Shown one piece after another: positions 18,252-27,218 of a stretch of DNA of 64,000 bases; position 1 is the stretch's first letter, and each line of letters begins with the position of its first letter. Origin of the DNA: Candidatus Poribacteria bacterium (GTDB lineage Bacteria; Poribacteria; WGA-4E; WGA-3G); contig OZ242029.1 of NCBI GenBank assembly GCA_965205015.1, positions 4,032,001 to 4,096,000 of the forward strand, in the 5' to 3' direction. Made by a program: the position numbers and the translations under genes. The notes below the pieces were generated by a model. That model ran no database searches. It saw only the letters and a program-made list of their open reading frames with translations, and was not told the origin of the DNA.

Positions 18252-20408
18252 ATGAAAAGGGAAGACGATGTTCAATTGATTTACAGAATATTATCGGGCG
18301 ATGCAGCAGCGTTTCGCGTTTTAGTCGAAAAGCACCAAAAGGGTGTTCACGCGCTTGTGTGGCGAAAGATCGGGGACTTTCACTATGCTGAAGAGATCAC
18401 ACAAGACACCTTCCTACGAGCCTACAAGAAGCTCTCAACGCTCAAAGATCCGAATCAGTTTACTGGATGGCTTTATGTCATCGCAAATCGACTCTGTATT
18501 GATTGGCTCCGAAAGCAAAAGTTTACAATGCAATCGTTGGAGGATACACCTGTGGAGGAAATTGACAAGGCCGCTTATGCCCGTCATATAGCCGAGCAAC
18601 GACAGACGGAGACCGCCGAGAATCACCGCGAAATAGTGAAAAAACTCTTGGCAAAGCTGCCAGAGAGTGAACGCACAGTTGTGACGCTCTACTATCTCGG
18701 CGAGATGACGACTAAAGAGATTAGTAAATTCTTGGGGGTGTCCGTGGATACGATTAAGACTCGGCTCCGACGCGGACGAAAACGCTTACAGGAACAACAG
18801 GTAGAACCTTTAGTTTCTGAAACACTCGGAACTATTCAATTCCCCGCACACATAACCGAGCGGATCATGCAGCAGGTCGCCGACATGGGTCCGATACAAC
18901 CGCCGGTTGGTAAACCGTTGCTACCGTGGATAGTTTTCGGCACAGTTGTCGTTGTGGTTATGTCAATGCTCGGTGTGAGTAACCAGTATCTTGCTCGGTT
19001 TCAGAAACCGTATAGTTTTGAGGCGGAAGCTGAGCCGACTATCGAAATCATTGATGCGTTTATCGTTCTTGATATTGCGGCAAAACCATCTGTGCGCAAT
19101 CAAGCTGGACGGGCTGATACCGCCCAAGAAAGCAGAGGTATCGGCACCCAAACCTCCCACACGACCGCAGCATCTCTGACATCAGGGGATACCGTCGCGT
19201 TTGCCCGAACAGCAGAACTCAAAATCGAGCGGACGCTGACCCAAGCGGATGGCTTAGCATCCGACACGGTTCTTACTGTTTTTGAAGATAGCCACGGCAC
19301 GGTGTGGTTTGGAACGACTGACGGACTCACCCGTTATGACGGCAAGAATTTTCAAACTTTCACAACGGAAGATGGATTGGCAAAAAACACGATAGGGCTT
19401 ATCTTTGAAGATCAGCGAGGCATGCTTTGGTGTGCTGATGGTGTACTCTCAAGTTTTCTGGAGAGAGGAAAGCCTATAGACATGTCATGGATGGAAACGC
19501 CATTGAGTGAACTCGATATCGCACTGCGTAACGAAACGCCCGAAGGAATGACAAGACGTATTCCATCAAAAGGCGTGAGTCGCTACGACGGCGAAAAGTT
19601 CAGGGTTTTTACAACCGCCGACGGGCTCGCTGGTGATACCGTTAAGGATATCTTTGAAGACGAAACTGGTACGCTTTGGTTCGCGACATCATTTGGTGTG
19701 AGCCACTATGATGGAGAAACTTTCAAAACTATCACTGTGGACGGACCGATGGGCATGGACGTATTACCTGACTGGTGGAGTCAAATCACGGCAGTTGCCC
19801 AGGATGCAGCAGGCAATTTTTGGTTCGGCAGCACTGCTGGAATTACCTACTATAGTACCGAAACGTCCCAATTCCGTCATTTTGCTATTGACCCGGATTT
19901 CGCCGCTTTCCAAGAGATGGGGCAAGTACGAAGCGCACACATAACCGACCTGCAGTTCGATGCGAACGACAACCTTTGGATGAGTCAAAGTCGTGGAGGT
20001 GATAAGAATAGCGGCATTCGTCAGTTCAATGGCAAAAAACTGGCGATTTTTCCGCAAAGTGAGCAACTTCCGATGAATAGCGTTGACAACATTATGCAGG
20101 ATAGGAACGGTAATCTTTGGTTTACGGGTGTTAAGAATGATGTGAATCAGCCGCCAATGGTACACGAAACCGAAGATAGTGTTAGCATGGTTTTTCCTGA
20201 AACTGAATCCAGCATAAGTGTATACGATGGCAAAACCTTCAAAAACTTTAACACCGCCGACGGTCTGCCGAGTAACCGCGTCTGGTCGGTATTTGAAGCC
20301 AGCGACGGCAAACTTTGGTTCGCTACCGATAAAGGTGTTGGCGTAGGCGTTTATACGCCTGCCCCAGCACACAAAAAAAATAACTTGATACCTTTGTTGA
20401 ATAATTAG
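18252..20408 (+). CDS. ECF sigma factor fused through a TM helix to a two-component-regulator (Reg_prop) beta-propeller domain
   Basis: AGGAGG RBS; sigma2 (AEEITQDTF, FTGWLYVIA), sigma4 (EISKFLGVSVDTIKTRLRRGR); TM LLPWIVFGTVVVVVMSMLG; repeats DGLASDTV..IFED..G.LWFAT. Confidence 0.9.
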   Translation: MKREDDVQLIYRILSGDAAAFRVLVEKHQKGVHALVWRKIGDFHYAEEITQDTFLRAYKKLSTLKDPNQFTGWLYVIANRLCIDWLRKQKFTMQSLEDTPVEEIDKAAYARHIAEQRQTETAENHREIVKKLLAKLPESERTVVTLYYLGEMTTKEISKFLGVSVDTIKTRLRRGRKRLQEQQVEPLVSETLGTIQFPAHITERIMQQVADMGPIQPPVGKPLLPWIVFGTVVVVVMSMLGVSNQYLARFQKPYSFEAEAEPTIEIIDAFIVLDIAAKPSVRNQAGRADTAQESRGIGTQTSHTTAASLTSGDTVAFARTAELKIERTLTQADGLASDTVLTVFEDSHGTVWFGTTDGLTRYDGKNFQTFTTEDGLAKNTIGLIFEDQRGMLWCADGVLSSFLERGKPIDMSWMETPLSELDIALRNETPEGMTRRIPSKGVSRYDGEKFRVFTTADGLAGDTVKDIFEDETGTLWFATSFGVSHYDGETFKTITVDGPMGMDVLPDWWSQITAVAQDAAGNFWFGSTAGITYYSTETSQFRHFAIDPDFAAFQEMGQVRSAHITDLQFDANDNLWMSQSRGGDKNSGIRQFNGKKLAIFPQSEQLPMNSVDNIMQDRNGNLWFTGVKNDVNQPPMVHETEDSVSMVFPETESSISVYDGKTFKNFNTADGLPSNRVWSVFEASDGKLWFATDKGVGVGVYTPAPAHKKNNLIPLLNN

Positions 20409-20518
20409 GGAACCCTTATAACACTTACGCAATAATGTTGACATAGACATCCAAAAATACTAATGAAGATATCTCAACAATTAGATGGCTTCATATTTCT
20501 GATAGAAGGAGTTTTCCA

Positions 20519-21742
20519 ATGCGAAAACGATTACATACCATATGGCTGGCTGTATTTCTGCTATTATTGCATTGGACGGTATCCATTGCCCACGCAGCAG
20601 AACTCAAAATCGAAAAGACCCTAAACGAAACGGATGGGTTGGCATCTAACACAGTGCTTACCATTTTTGAAGATAGTCGCGGTAATATGTGGTTCGGAAC
20701 AACTGATGGACTCACTCGTTATGACGGAGAAAATTTTCGGACCTTCACAACAGAAGATGGATTATCACGTAACACAACGGGACTTATCTTTGAAGACCGA
20801 CATGGAATGCTCTGGTTTGCGAATGGTGTAGTCTTAAGTACCTTGGAAAGAGGGAAGCCAATAGACATGTCGTACATGGCAATGCCTTTGAGTGAACTTG
20901 CAAAAGAATTAGAAAACGAAATTCCAACAGAAACACTGACCCCTACTCCACCAAGAGGTGTCAGTCGTTATGATGGAGATATGTTCAGAATCTTTACGCC
21001 TGCCGATGGTCTCCTCCGAGATAACGTCAAGGACATACTTGGGGACAAAACAGGAATGCTTTGGTTCGCGACATCGTCTGGGGTGAATCGCTACGAGGCC
21101 GAAAGTTTTACCGGTATGGCCTTCAATGGTCCCATGGGGATGGATATATTACCCGACTGGTGGAATCAAGTTACGACAATTACACAGGATACAGCAGGAA
21201 ACTTCTGGTTTGGGAGTACTGCCGGCATCACCTACTACGATGTCCAAACGTCTGATTTCCGATACTTTGATGTAAATTTCATGCCTTTCCAAGAGATGGG
21301 GAAGGCGCAAATCGGACATGTGACAGATCTGCAGTTTGATGTAAAGGATAATCTCTGGATTAGCCGAGAAGGAATGGGTGATGAAAGGAGTGGTATTCGT
21401 CGCTACGATGGCGAAGTATTAGTTTCCTTTCCACAAAGTGAAGCACTTCCGATGAATAGTGTTCACAATATTCTATTAGATACCAGCGGCAACCTGTGGT
21501 TTGCGGGTACCAAAAAGCTACCGCCGACGCTGCATGACACCGAGGATAGTCTTAGCATGACTTATGCTGAAGCCGGCGTTGGTGTAAGTGTCTATAACGG
21601 TGAGACCTTTCAAAACTTTAACACAGATGACGGTCTACCGGGCAACAAGGTCTGGTCTGTCTTTGAGGATAGCAGGGGCAAACTCTGGTTCGCCACGGAT
21701 GCTGGTGCCGCAGTTGGCGTTTATCTACCCTCTGAAAAATAG
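20519..21742 (+). CDS. Secreted Reg_prop beta-propeller protein, copy 1
   Basis: AAGGAG RBS; signal ending SIAHA-AELKIEK; Reg_prop repeats; paralog of the sigma C-terminus and of 25803-27038. Confidence 0.9.
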   Translation: MRKRLHTIWLAVFLLLLHWTVSIAHAAELKIEKTLNETDGLASNTVLTIFEDSRGNMWFGTTDGLTRYDGENFRTFTTEDGLSRNTTGLIFEDRHGMLWFANGVVLSTLERGKPIDMSYMAMPLSELAKELENEIPTETLTPTPPRGVSRYDGDMFRIFTPADGLLRDNVKDILGDKTGMLWFATSSGVNRYEAESFTGMAFNGPMGMDILPDWWNQVTTITQDTAGNFWFGSTAGITYYDVQTSDFRYFDVNFMPFQEMGKAQIGHVTDLQFDVKDNLWISREGMGDERSGIRRYDGEVLVSFPQSEALPMNSVHNILLDTSGNLWFAGTKKLPPTLHDTEDSLSMTYAEAGVGVSVYNGETFQNFNTDDGLPGNKVWSVFEDSRGKLWFATDAGAAVGVYLPSEK

Positions 21743-21833
21743 CTGTCGGCCGTCAACTGTCGCTGTTTGTAAAAAAGAAACAATTCTGAGACGCTTGCGT
21801 CTTTGCGGGTTGCTACTAAAGGAGACAAAACAG

Positions 21834-24800
21834 ATGAAAAAGATTTTTCAAAACATCACTTGTTTTTGGATGGCGATTCTCTTTGGAATCCCTTTCCTGT
21901 TGATCGGTTGTGTTAAAAAGGAGATTACTCGCCAAGCGGATTGGGAAACCCATTTTATGGACCTCCACTTTGCGGATGCCAAAAACGGATGGATCGTCGG
22001 GCATGGAGGCTGGATTCTCCATACCGTTGATGGCGGGGAAAGTTGGGAGAAACAGACAGTCAATACGACCGAAGATTTCAAATCGGTTTATTTCACAAAC
22101 CTCCGTAACGGTTGGGCAGTTGGAGACAAGGGGGTAATTGCGATTACAGACGATGGCGGCCGGCATTGGACAGTCCAAAAAACTGAGGTTTCTATGCTGC
22201 TTTTGGATGTCTTTTTCCTCAACGCAAAGATCGGTTGGATTGCTGGACAGGATGGGATGCTCTACACAGAAAACGGTGGAAAAACATGGCATCATCAAGA
22301 TGTAAGTGACTTTCAAATTAAGGGAGTTTTCTTTGTAAATAAAGATCGCGGGTGGACAGTCGGGGACTATGACCGAATCTTTGTTACCACTGACAGCAGT
22401 GATACGTGGCGGAGACAGGATAACCTCGTTAAAACGGATACCACGTCGACGGTTTGTAACCTTCACACCGTATTTTTTGTCAATCCTTACAAGGGATGGT
22501 GCGGGGGCACAGATGGCACGATTTTTCATACCACCAATGGTGGCGCAGAATGGAGCACCCAGGTGAGTAAACTGCCGCCGATTTATGGACATGTAGGTCC
22601 GATTGTGAACAACTTCCATTTTCTCAGCGAGGATTACGGTCTCGTCGTCGCACAGGGTGGATTTATTAATCGAACGGAGGACGGCGGAAACGACTGGCAA
22701 TTGGTAGAGAGTCCCACAAAAAACGATTTGATGGGGGTTCAGTTTATAAGCCATCAACAGGCGTGGGCTGTCGGTATGAACGGAACACTCTTGCACTCAG
22801 AAGATGGCGGTGTAACCTGGGACATGAAAAGCGGCACGACAGCCGATGCCCTACAGAGCGTCGCCTTTGCGGATGCAAACCGTGCGGTTGCCGTTGGAGA
22901 GAAGGGCACAATCACAACAAGCGATGACAGTGGTAAGACCTGGACGGATATAGAGATGGACACGTGGCACCGCATCCGGAACTTATCTTTTGTCACCGAC
23001 AAGGAAGGCTGGGCGGTTGGCGATGGTGGACTCATTCTCCACACGACCGATGCAGGTCAAACATGGGAACGGCAAACCAGCGGGTGGTGGTATACGCTGA
23101 ATGCCCTCCATTTCATTAACCCTCAGAAAGGGTGGATCGTTGGCGATTTGGGGACTGTGCTGCATACTGCGGACGGCGGTGAAACGTGGGTCCAACAAGT
23201 ACCGCGCTACTTCCACGAAATGATAAAGGGCATCTTTTTCCTCGATGAGAAAGAAGGCTGGGTGGTCGGATGGCCCGGTATTATTTTTCACACTATAGAC
23301 GGCGGTCGAACTTGGAAACGGCAGAACAGCAAGAGTTACAATGAACTCTACGCCGCTTACTTCATTGACAGACATACCGGCTGGGTGGTCGGACAACTCG
23401 GTGAGATTCTATACACACTCGACGGTGGAAAAACCTGGAAATTTCAACGGAGTGGGACGCAGGCGAATCTGAACAAAGTCTACTTTGCCGATGCAAATCA
23501 CGGGTTAATTGTTGGAGATGAAGGTGTTATTTTGACCACTGTCAATGGTGGGGTGACCTGGGAATCACAGAGGAGTGGTACATCTAACGACCTCTACAGT
23601 TTTTCGCTTTCTCCGGATGGTATTCTTGCTGTCGGTGAAGATGGTATCGCAATGCGATATTCTGTGGATACGGAGAAGTTTATCGTCGAGTTACCGCCTG
23701 CCGCGCAGGAGATAGAAGCAGCGGCACAACTCGAAGAAGCCGTTGAATATCATTGGGAGATTATCCGATCAGGAGCCTCGCAGACGTATTTTACCGATAC
23801 TTATTTCCTGTCGGCTATGCGCGGATGGACGGTCGGCCACGGGGGTGTTATTTTAAATACAATAGATGGCGGCAAAACCTGGTATCCACAACAAAGTGGT
23901 GTAACGGAGGATTTGCAGCGTATCGTCTTCATTGATGAGAAACACGGCTGGATCGGGGGCGATAGGATCGTGCTGCGGACCGAAAATGGCGGTGAGACAT
24001 GGCAGATAATCCGTGAAGGTTTGGAATCTATCTCCTATATCAGTGCGATGCACTTTATTAATCCGCAAGTGGGTTGGCTCGGTGCGAATGATGCACAAAC
24101 GCTTCACACAAGCGATGGCGGCAAAACCTTCCGATTGCAGAAAACAGGGCTTGGGAGCATGCCTATTAGCGACTTACACTTTATCAATACCGAAGAGGGG
24201 TGGGCAGTAATATCACGCATGATGAGAGAAGGTAGCTACATTCTGCATACCGTGGACGGTGGTGATAACTGGCAGGTCCAAACCAGAACACATAAATATG
24301 GTGTCGGTATTCATTTTATGAATGAAACTGCTGGTTGGGTGGTCCTGGCGAATGGGGCATCACTTCTCACAACAGATGGCGGCGCGACATGGAAACAGAC
24401 ACTGCCCCAAATGTCCGATGGCACTCGACTCCACGCCGTGAAATTTCGTAATCACACGGAAGCTTGGGGTATAGCGAATGACAAGAGACTTCTCATTACG
24501 CACAACCAAGGCAAGCGTTGGGAGATACTAAATGACTCGCTTGTTAACCCACGTTCAACCGTTGGCGATGAAAGCTGGGTTCACCAAATGGCAAAGGAAC
24601 AATTTCTCCCCGCCTTCAACGTGACGAACGCGCACATCCTTGAGGATGGACACGGTTGGATAGTCGGTGTGATTGTGGCATCACCTCGCACTACCACTGA
24701 ACCGGGTATTGATATTGACGATCAAGCGCAAGATACGATAGGCCAGATTTATGGCACAACAGATTTCGGAAAAAACTGGGACCACCGACTCGGCAAACAG

Positions 24801-25655
24801 CGGAATACCCTCCGTGATGTGTTGTTTATTGATGGGCAACACGGTTGGATTGCCGGGGATAACGGGGCCTTATTTTCGACTGAAGATGGCGGAGAGACTT
24901 GGCAATCTTTAGAGAGTGATACCATCCAACGTATTGTCGATGTCCACTTCACCAGTCTTGAACCGAAATGGGGATGGCTGATGCTCCGGGACGCAACATT
25001 ACTTTACACGCAGGATGGATCGCAATGGTCAGCACAAAACAAGCAAGAACGATTCTCACACCAGAACTCGTTCGCCATAAATGAGGTCGCATTCGGTAAC
25101 TTTTCTGAAGGATGGGCTGTCGGAGAGGGGGGTGATATTATACACAATCCAGACGGCGGCACAATTTGGGCACCGCAACGCACCTCAACCAGTAAGAACC
25201 TCACGAGCATTGATATGAAATTCGCACCCCTCGGTTGGGCAGTTGGGAGCAATGGTGTAACCCAGCGAACCGTCAATGGCGGCGAATATTGGAAGTTCCA
25301 TGAAACCGATACCGGTTCCGATCTGAACGCAGTGTCATTCATAACAAAACGCAAGGGGTGGGCAGTTGGACGGGGTGGAATTATCCTATCTACCACTGAT
25401 GGGGGGTTCACGTGGACATCAGAAGCAAGCGGCGTTAACCACACCCTTTACGATATTCTACCACTCTCTGAACAGGAAATCTACGCTGTCGGTGCCTCTG
25501 GAACTATCATTCGCTCGACAGATGGCGGAAAAACGTGGGAACCCGAGCATACCAGGACCAGTAAAAACTTGTATGCAATCACGCAGGTCAAAGATGGGGG
25601 GTCCCTCTGGGTGGTTGGGCAATTAGGTGTTGTGATGCGGCACTCCATGCAATAA
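21834..25655 (+). CDS. Giant YCF48/BNR(Asp-box)-repeat lipoprotein, copy 1 (~1273 aa)
   Basis: AAGGAG RBS before ATG 21834; lipobox FLLIG-C; many F.d...GW.VG..G.ILHT.DGG.TW repeats. Confidence 0.9.
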   Translation: MKKIFQNITCFWMAILFGIPFLLIGCVKKEITRQADWETHFMDLHFADAKNGWIVGHGGWILHTVDGGESWEKQTVNTTEDFKSVYFTNLRNGWAVGDKGVIAITDDGGRHWTVQKTEVSMLLLDVFFLNAKIGWIAGQDGMLYTENGGKTWHHQDVSDFQIKGVFFVNKDRGWTVGDYDRIFVTTDSSDTWRRQDNLVKTDTTSTVCNLHTVFFVNPYKGWCGGTDGTIFHTTNGGAEWSTQVSKLPPIYGHVGPIVNNFHFLSEDYGLVVAQGGFINRTEDGGNDWQLVESPTKNDLMGVQFISHQQAWAVGMNGTLLHSEDGGVTWDMKSGTTADALQSVAFADANRAVAVGEKGTITTSDDSGKTWTDIEMDTWHRIRNLSFVTDKEGWAVGDGGLILHTTDAGQTWERQTSGWWYTLNALHFINPQKGWIVGDLGTVLHTADGGETWVQQVPRYFHEMIKGIFFLDEKEGWVVGWPGIIFHTIDGGRTWKRQNSKSYNELYAAYFIDRHTGWVVGQLGEILYTLDGGKTWKFQRSGTQANLNKVYFADANHGLIVGDEGVILTTVNGGVTWESQRSGTSNDLYSFSLSPDGILAVGEDGIAMRYSVDTEKFIVELPPAAQEIEAAAQLEEAVEYHWEIIRSGASQTYFTDTYFLSAMRGWTVGHGGVILNTIDGGKTWYPQQSGVTEDLQRIVFIDEKHGWIGGDRIVLRTENGGETWQIIREGLESISYISAMHFINPQVGWLGANDAQTLHTSDGGKTFRLQKTGLGSMPISDLHFINTEEGWAVISRMMREGSYILHTVDGGDNWQVQTRTHKYGVGIHFMNETAGWVVLANGASLLTTDGGATWKQTLPQMSDGTRLHAVKFRNHTEAWGIANDKRLLITHNQGKRWEILNDSLVNPRSTVGDESWVHQMAKEQFLPAFNVTNAHILEDGHGWIVGVIVASPRTTTEPGIDIDDQAQDTIGQIYGTTDFGKNWDHRLGKQRNTLRDVLFIDGQHGWIAGDNGALFSTEDGGETWQSLESDTIQRIVDVHFTSLEPKWGWLMLRDATLLYTQDGSQWSAQNKQERFSHQNSFAINEVAFGNFSEGWAVGEGGDIIHNPDGGTIWAPQRTSTSKNLTSIDMKFAPLGWAVGSNGVTQRTVNGGEYWKFHETDTGSDLNAVSFITKRKGWAVGRGGIILSTTDGGFTWTSEASGVNHTLYDILPLSEQEIYAVGASGTIIRSTDGGKTWEPEHTRTSKNLYAITQVKDGGSLWVVGQLGVVMRHSMQ

Positions 25656-25729
25656 TGAAGTTTAGAACGCAGACAATATACACAGAGCGTATCTCACATT
25701 GATGCGCGCTGAAGTCTAACACAGGCGAT

Positions 25730-25748
25730 TATAGTAAAGCCCACAATT
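25730..25748 (+). repeat. Solitary left end of the TATAGTAAA shell element
   Basis: TATAGTAAAGCCCACAATT resembles the left ends at 27059, 40470 and 43513; no matching right end seen. Confidence 0.4.
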
Positions 25749-25802
25749 TGCGCGTTTAACGCTAATATTCTAATCATAACGCTAATGAAAGGGGTTATCT
25801 CA

Positions 25803-27038
25803 GTGAAAAAACACTCGTGTTTAACAACCTTCGTTTTACTACTATTGTTAAACTGGATAGTATCCGTTGCTCACGCAGCAGAACTTAAAATCGAAAAGAC
25901 GCTCACCGAAAGTGACGGTTTGGCATCTAACACAGTGCTCACCGTTTTCGAGGACAGCCACGGTAATATATGGTTCGGAACAACTGATGGACTCACCCGT
26001 TATGACGGAAACAATTTCCAAACCTTCACGACGGAAGATGGATTGGTGCAGAACACGATAGGTCTTATCTTTGAAGACCAGCGAGGAATCCTCTGGTTCG
26101 CTGGTGGTGTGCTTTCAAGTGTTCCGGAAAGAGGAAAACCGATGGACATGTCTTGGATGGAAACGCCATTAAGCGAACTCGATATCACGCCGCATGACGA
26201 ACCACCCGAAGGAATGACGAGGCGTATTCCATTAAAAGGCGTGAGCCGCTACGACGGACACGAATTCAGAATCTTTACGACTGCCGACGGCCTCGCCGGT
26301 GATACCGTTAAGGATATCTTTGAAGACGAAGCCGGTACGCTTTGGTTCGCAACAGGGTTCGGCGTGAGTCGCTACGACGGTGAAAATTTCGACACGCTCA
26401 TGGCGGACGGACCTATAGGGATGTTTACATTACCTGAGGCATGGAACGCGGTTGAGGCAATCGCACAAGATACCGCTGGAAATTTTTGGTTCGGAAGCCA
26501 AGCGGGTATCAGTTACTACAATATCCAAAGGTCTCATTTCCGTTATTTTGCTGTTGATCCGGATTTCACACCTTTCCAAGAGATGGGGCAAGCACGGAAC
26601 GCTCATATAACCGATCTGCAGTTCGATGCGGAGGAAAACCTCTGGATGAGCCAAGATGATACAGACGAGGAATATGTCGGCATTCGTCAATACAACGGCA
26701 AAAAACTGACGATTTTTCCACAAAGTGAAGCACTTCCGATGAATAGCGTTAACAACATCATGCAGGATAGTAAAGGTAACCTCTGGTTTACGGGTGTTAA
26801 GAAACTACCTCCCAAGATGCATGAAACCGAAGACAGTGTTAGCATGATTTTTCCTGCAGTTGAATCCGGTGTAAGTGTATACAATGGCAAAACGTTCCAA
26901 AATTTTAACAAAGACGACGGTCTGCCGAGCGATCGTGTTTGGTCGGTATTTGAGGACAGCCGCGGCAAACTCTGGTTCGCCACGGATGCCGGTGCCGCAG
27001 TTGGGGTTTATCTTCCATCTCAAAACTCGGACAACTAA
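25803..27038 (+). CDS. Secreted Reg_prop beta-propeller protein, copy 2 (GTG 25803, or ATG 25785)
   Basis: Signal ending SVAHA-AELKIEK; same repeat architecture as copy 1. Confidence 0.9.
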   Translation: MKKHSCLTTFVLLLLLNWIVSVAHAAELKIEKTLTESDGLASNTVLTVFEDSHGNIWFGTTDGLTRYDGNNFQTFTTEDGLVQNTIGLIFEDQRGILWFAGGVLSSVPERGKPMDMSWMETPLSELDITPHDEPPEGMTRRIPLKGVSRYDGHEFRIFTTADGLAGDTVKDIFEDEAGTLWFATGFGVSRYDGENFDTLMADGPIGMFTLPEAWNAVEAIAQDTAGNFWFGSQAGISYYNIQRSHFRYFAVDPDFTPFQEMGQARNAHITDLQFDAEENLWMSQDDTDEEYVGIRQYNGKKLTIFPQSEALPMNSVNNIMQDSKGNLWFTGVKKLPPKMHETEDSVSMIFPAVESGVSVYNGKTFQNFNKDDGLPSDRVWSVFEDSRGKLWFATDAGAAVGVYLPSQNSDN

Positions 27039-27058
27039 TCAATACTACAAAAATCCTT

Positions 27059-27177
27059 TATAGTAAAACCCGTAATTACTTATACACTAACACAAGGGCG
27101 AGGATACAATCCTCGCCAGCGGTGGTGGGGTGTTTGTTCCCTGACGAACTGTAAACATATTTTTGGATTTTACTATA
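27059..27177. mobile_element. MITE-like element (119 bp), ends TATAGTAAAA/TTTTACTATA, internal hairpin GGCGAGGAT-ACA-ATCCTCGCC
   Basis: 10-bp perfect terminal inverted repeat with a longer imperfect extension; hairpin at 27097-27117; homologous to 43513-43629. Confidence 0.75.
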
Positions 27178-27218
27178 ATATTCCTAAGGCAATGGCAATA
27201 ACGAAGGGGGCAAAACAG

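Noticed and set aside
21588-21833. N-terminal extensions in the ORF track (also at 2631, 16905, 36471, 40669, 53586)
   Set aside because: Downstream starts have an RBS, a signal peptide or paralog agreement, and the extensions overlap other genes or promoters.
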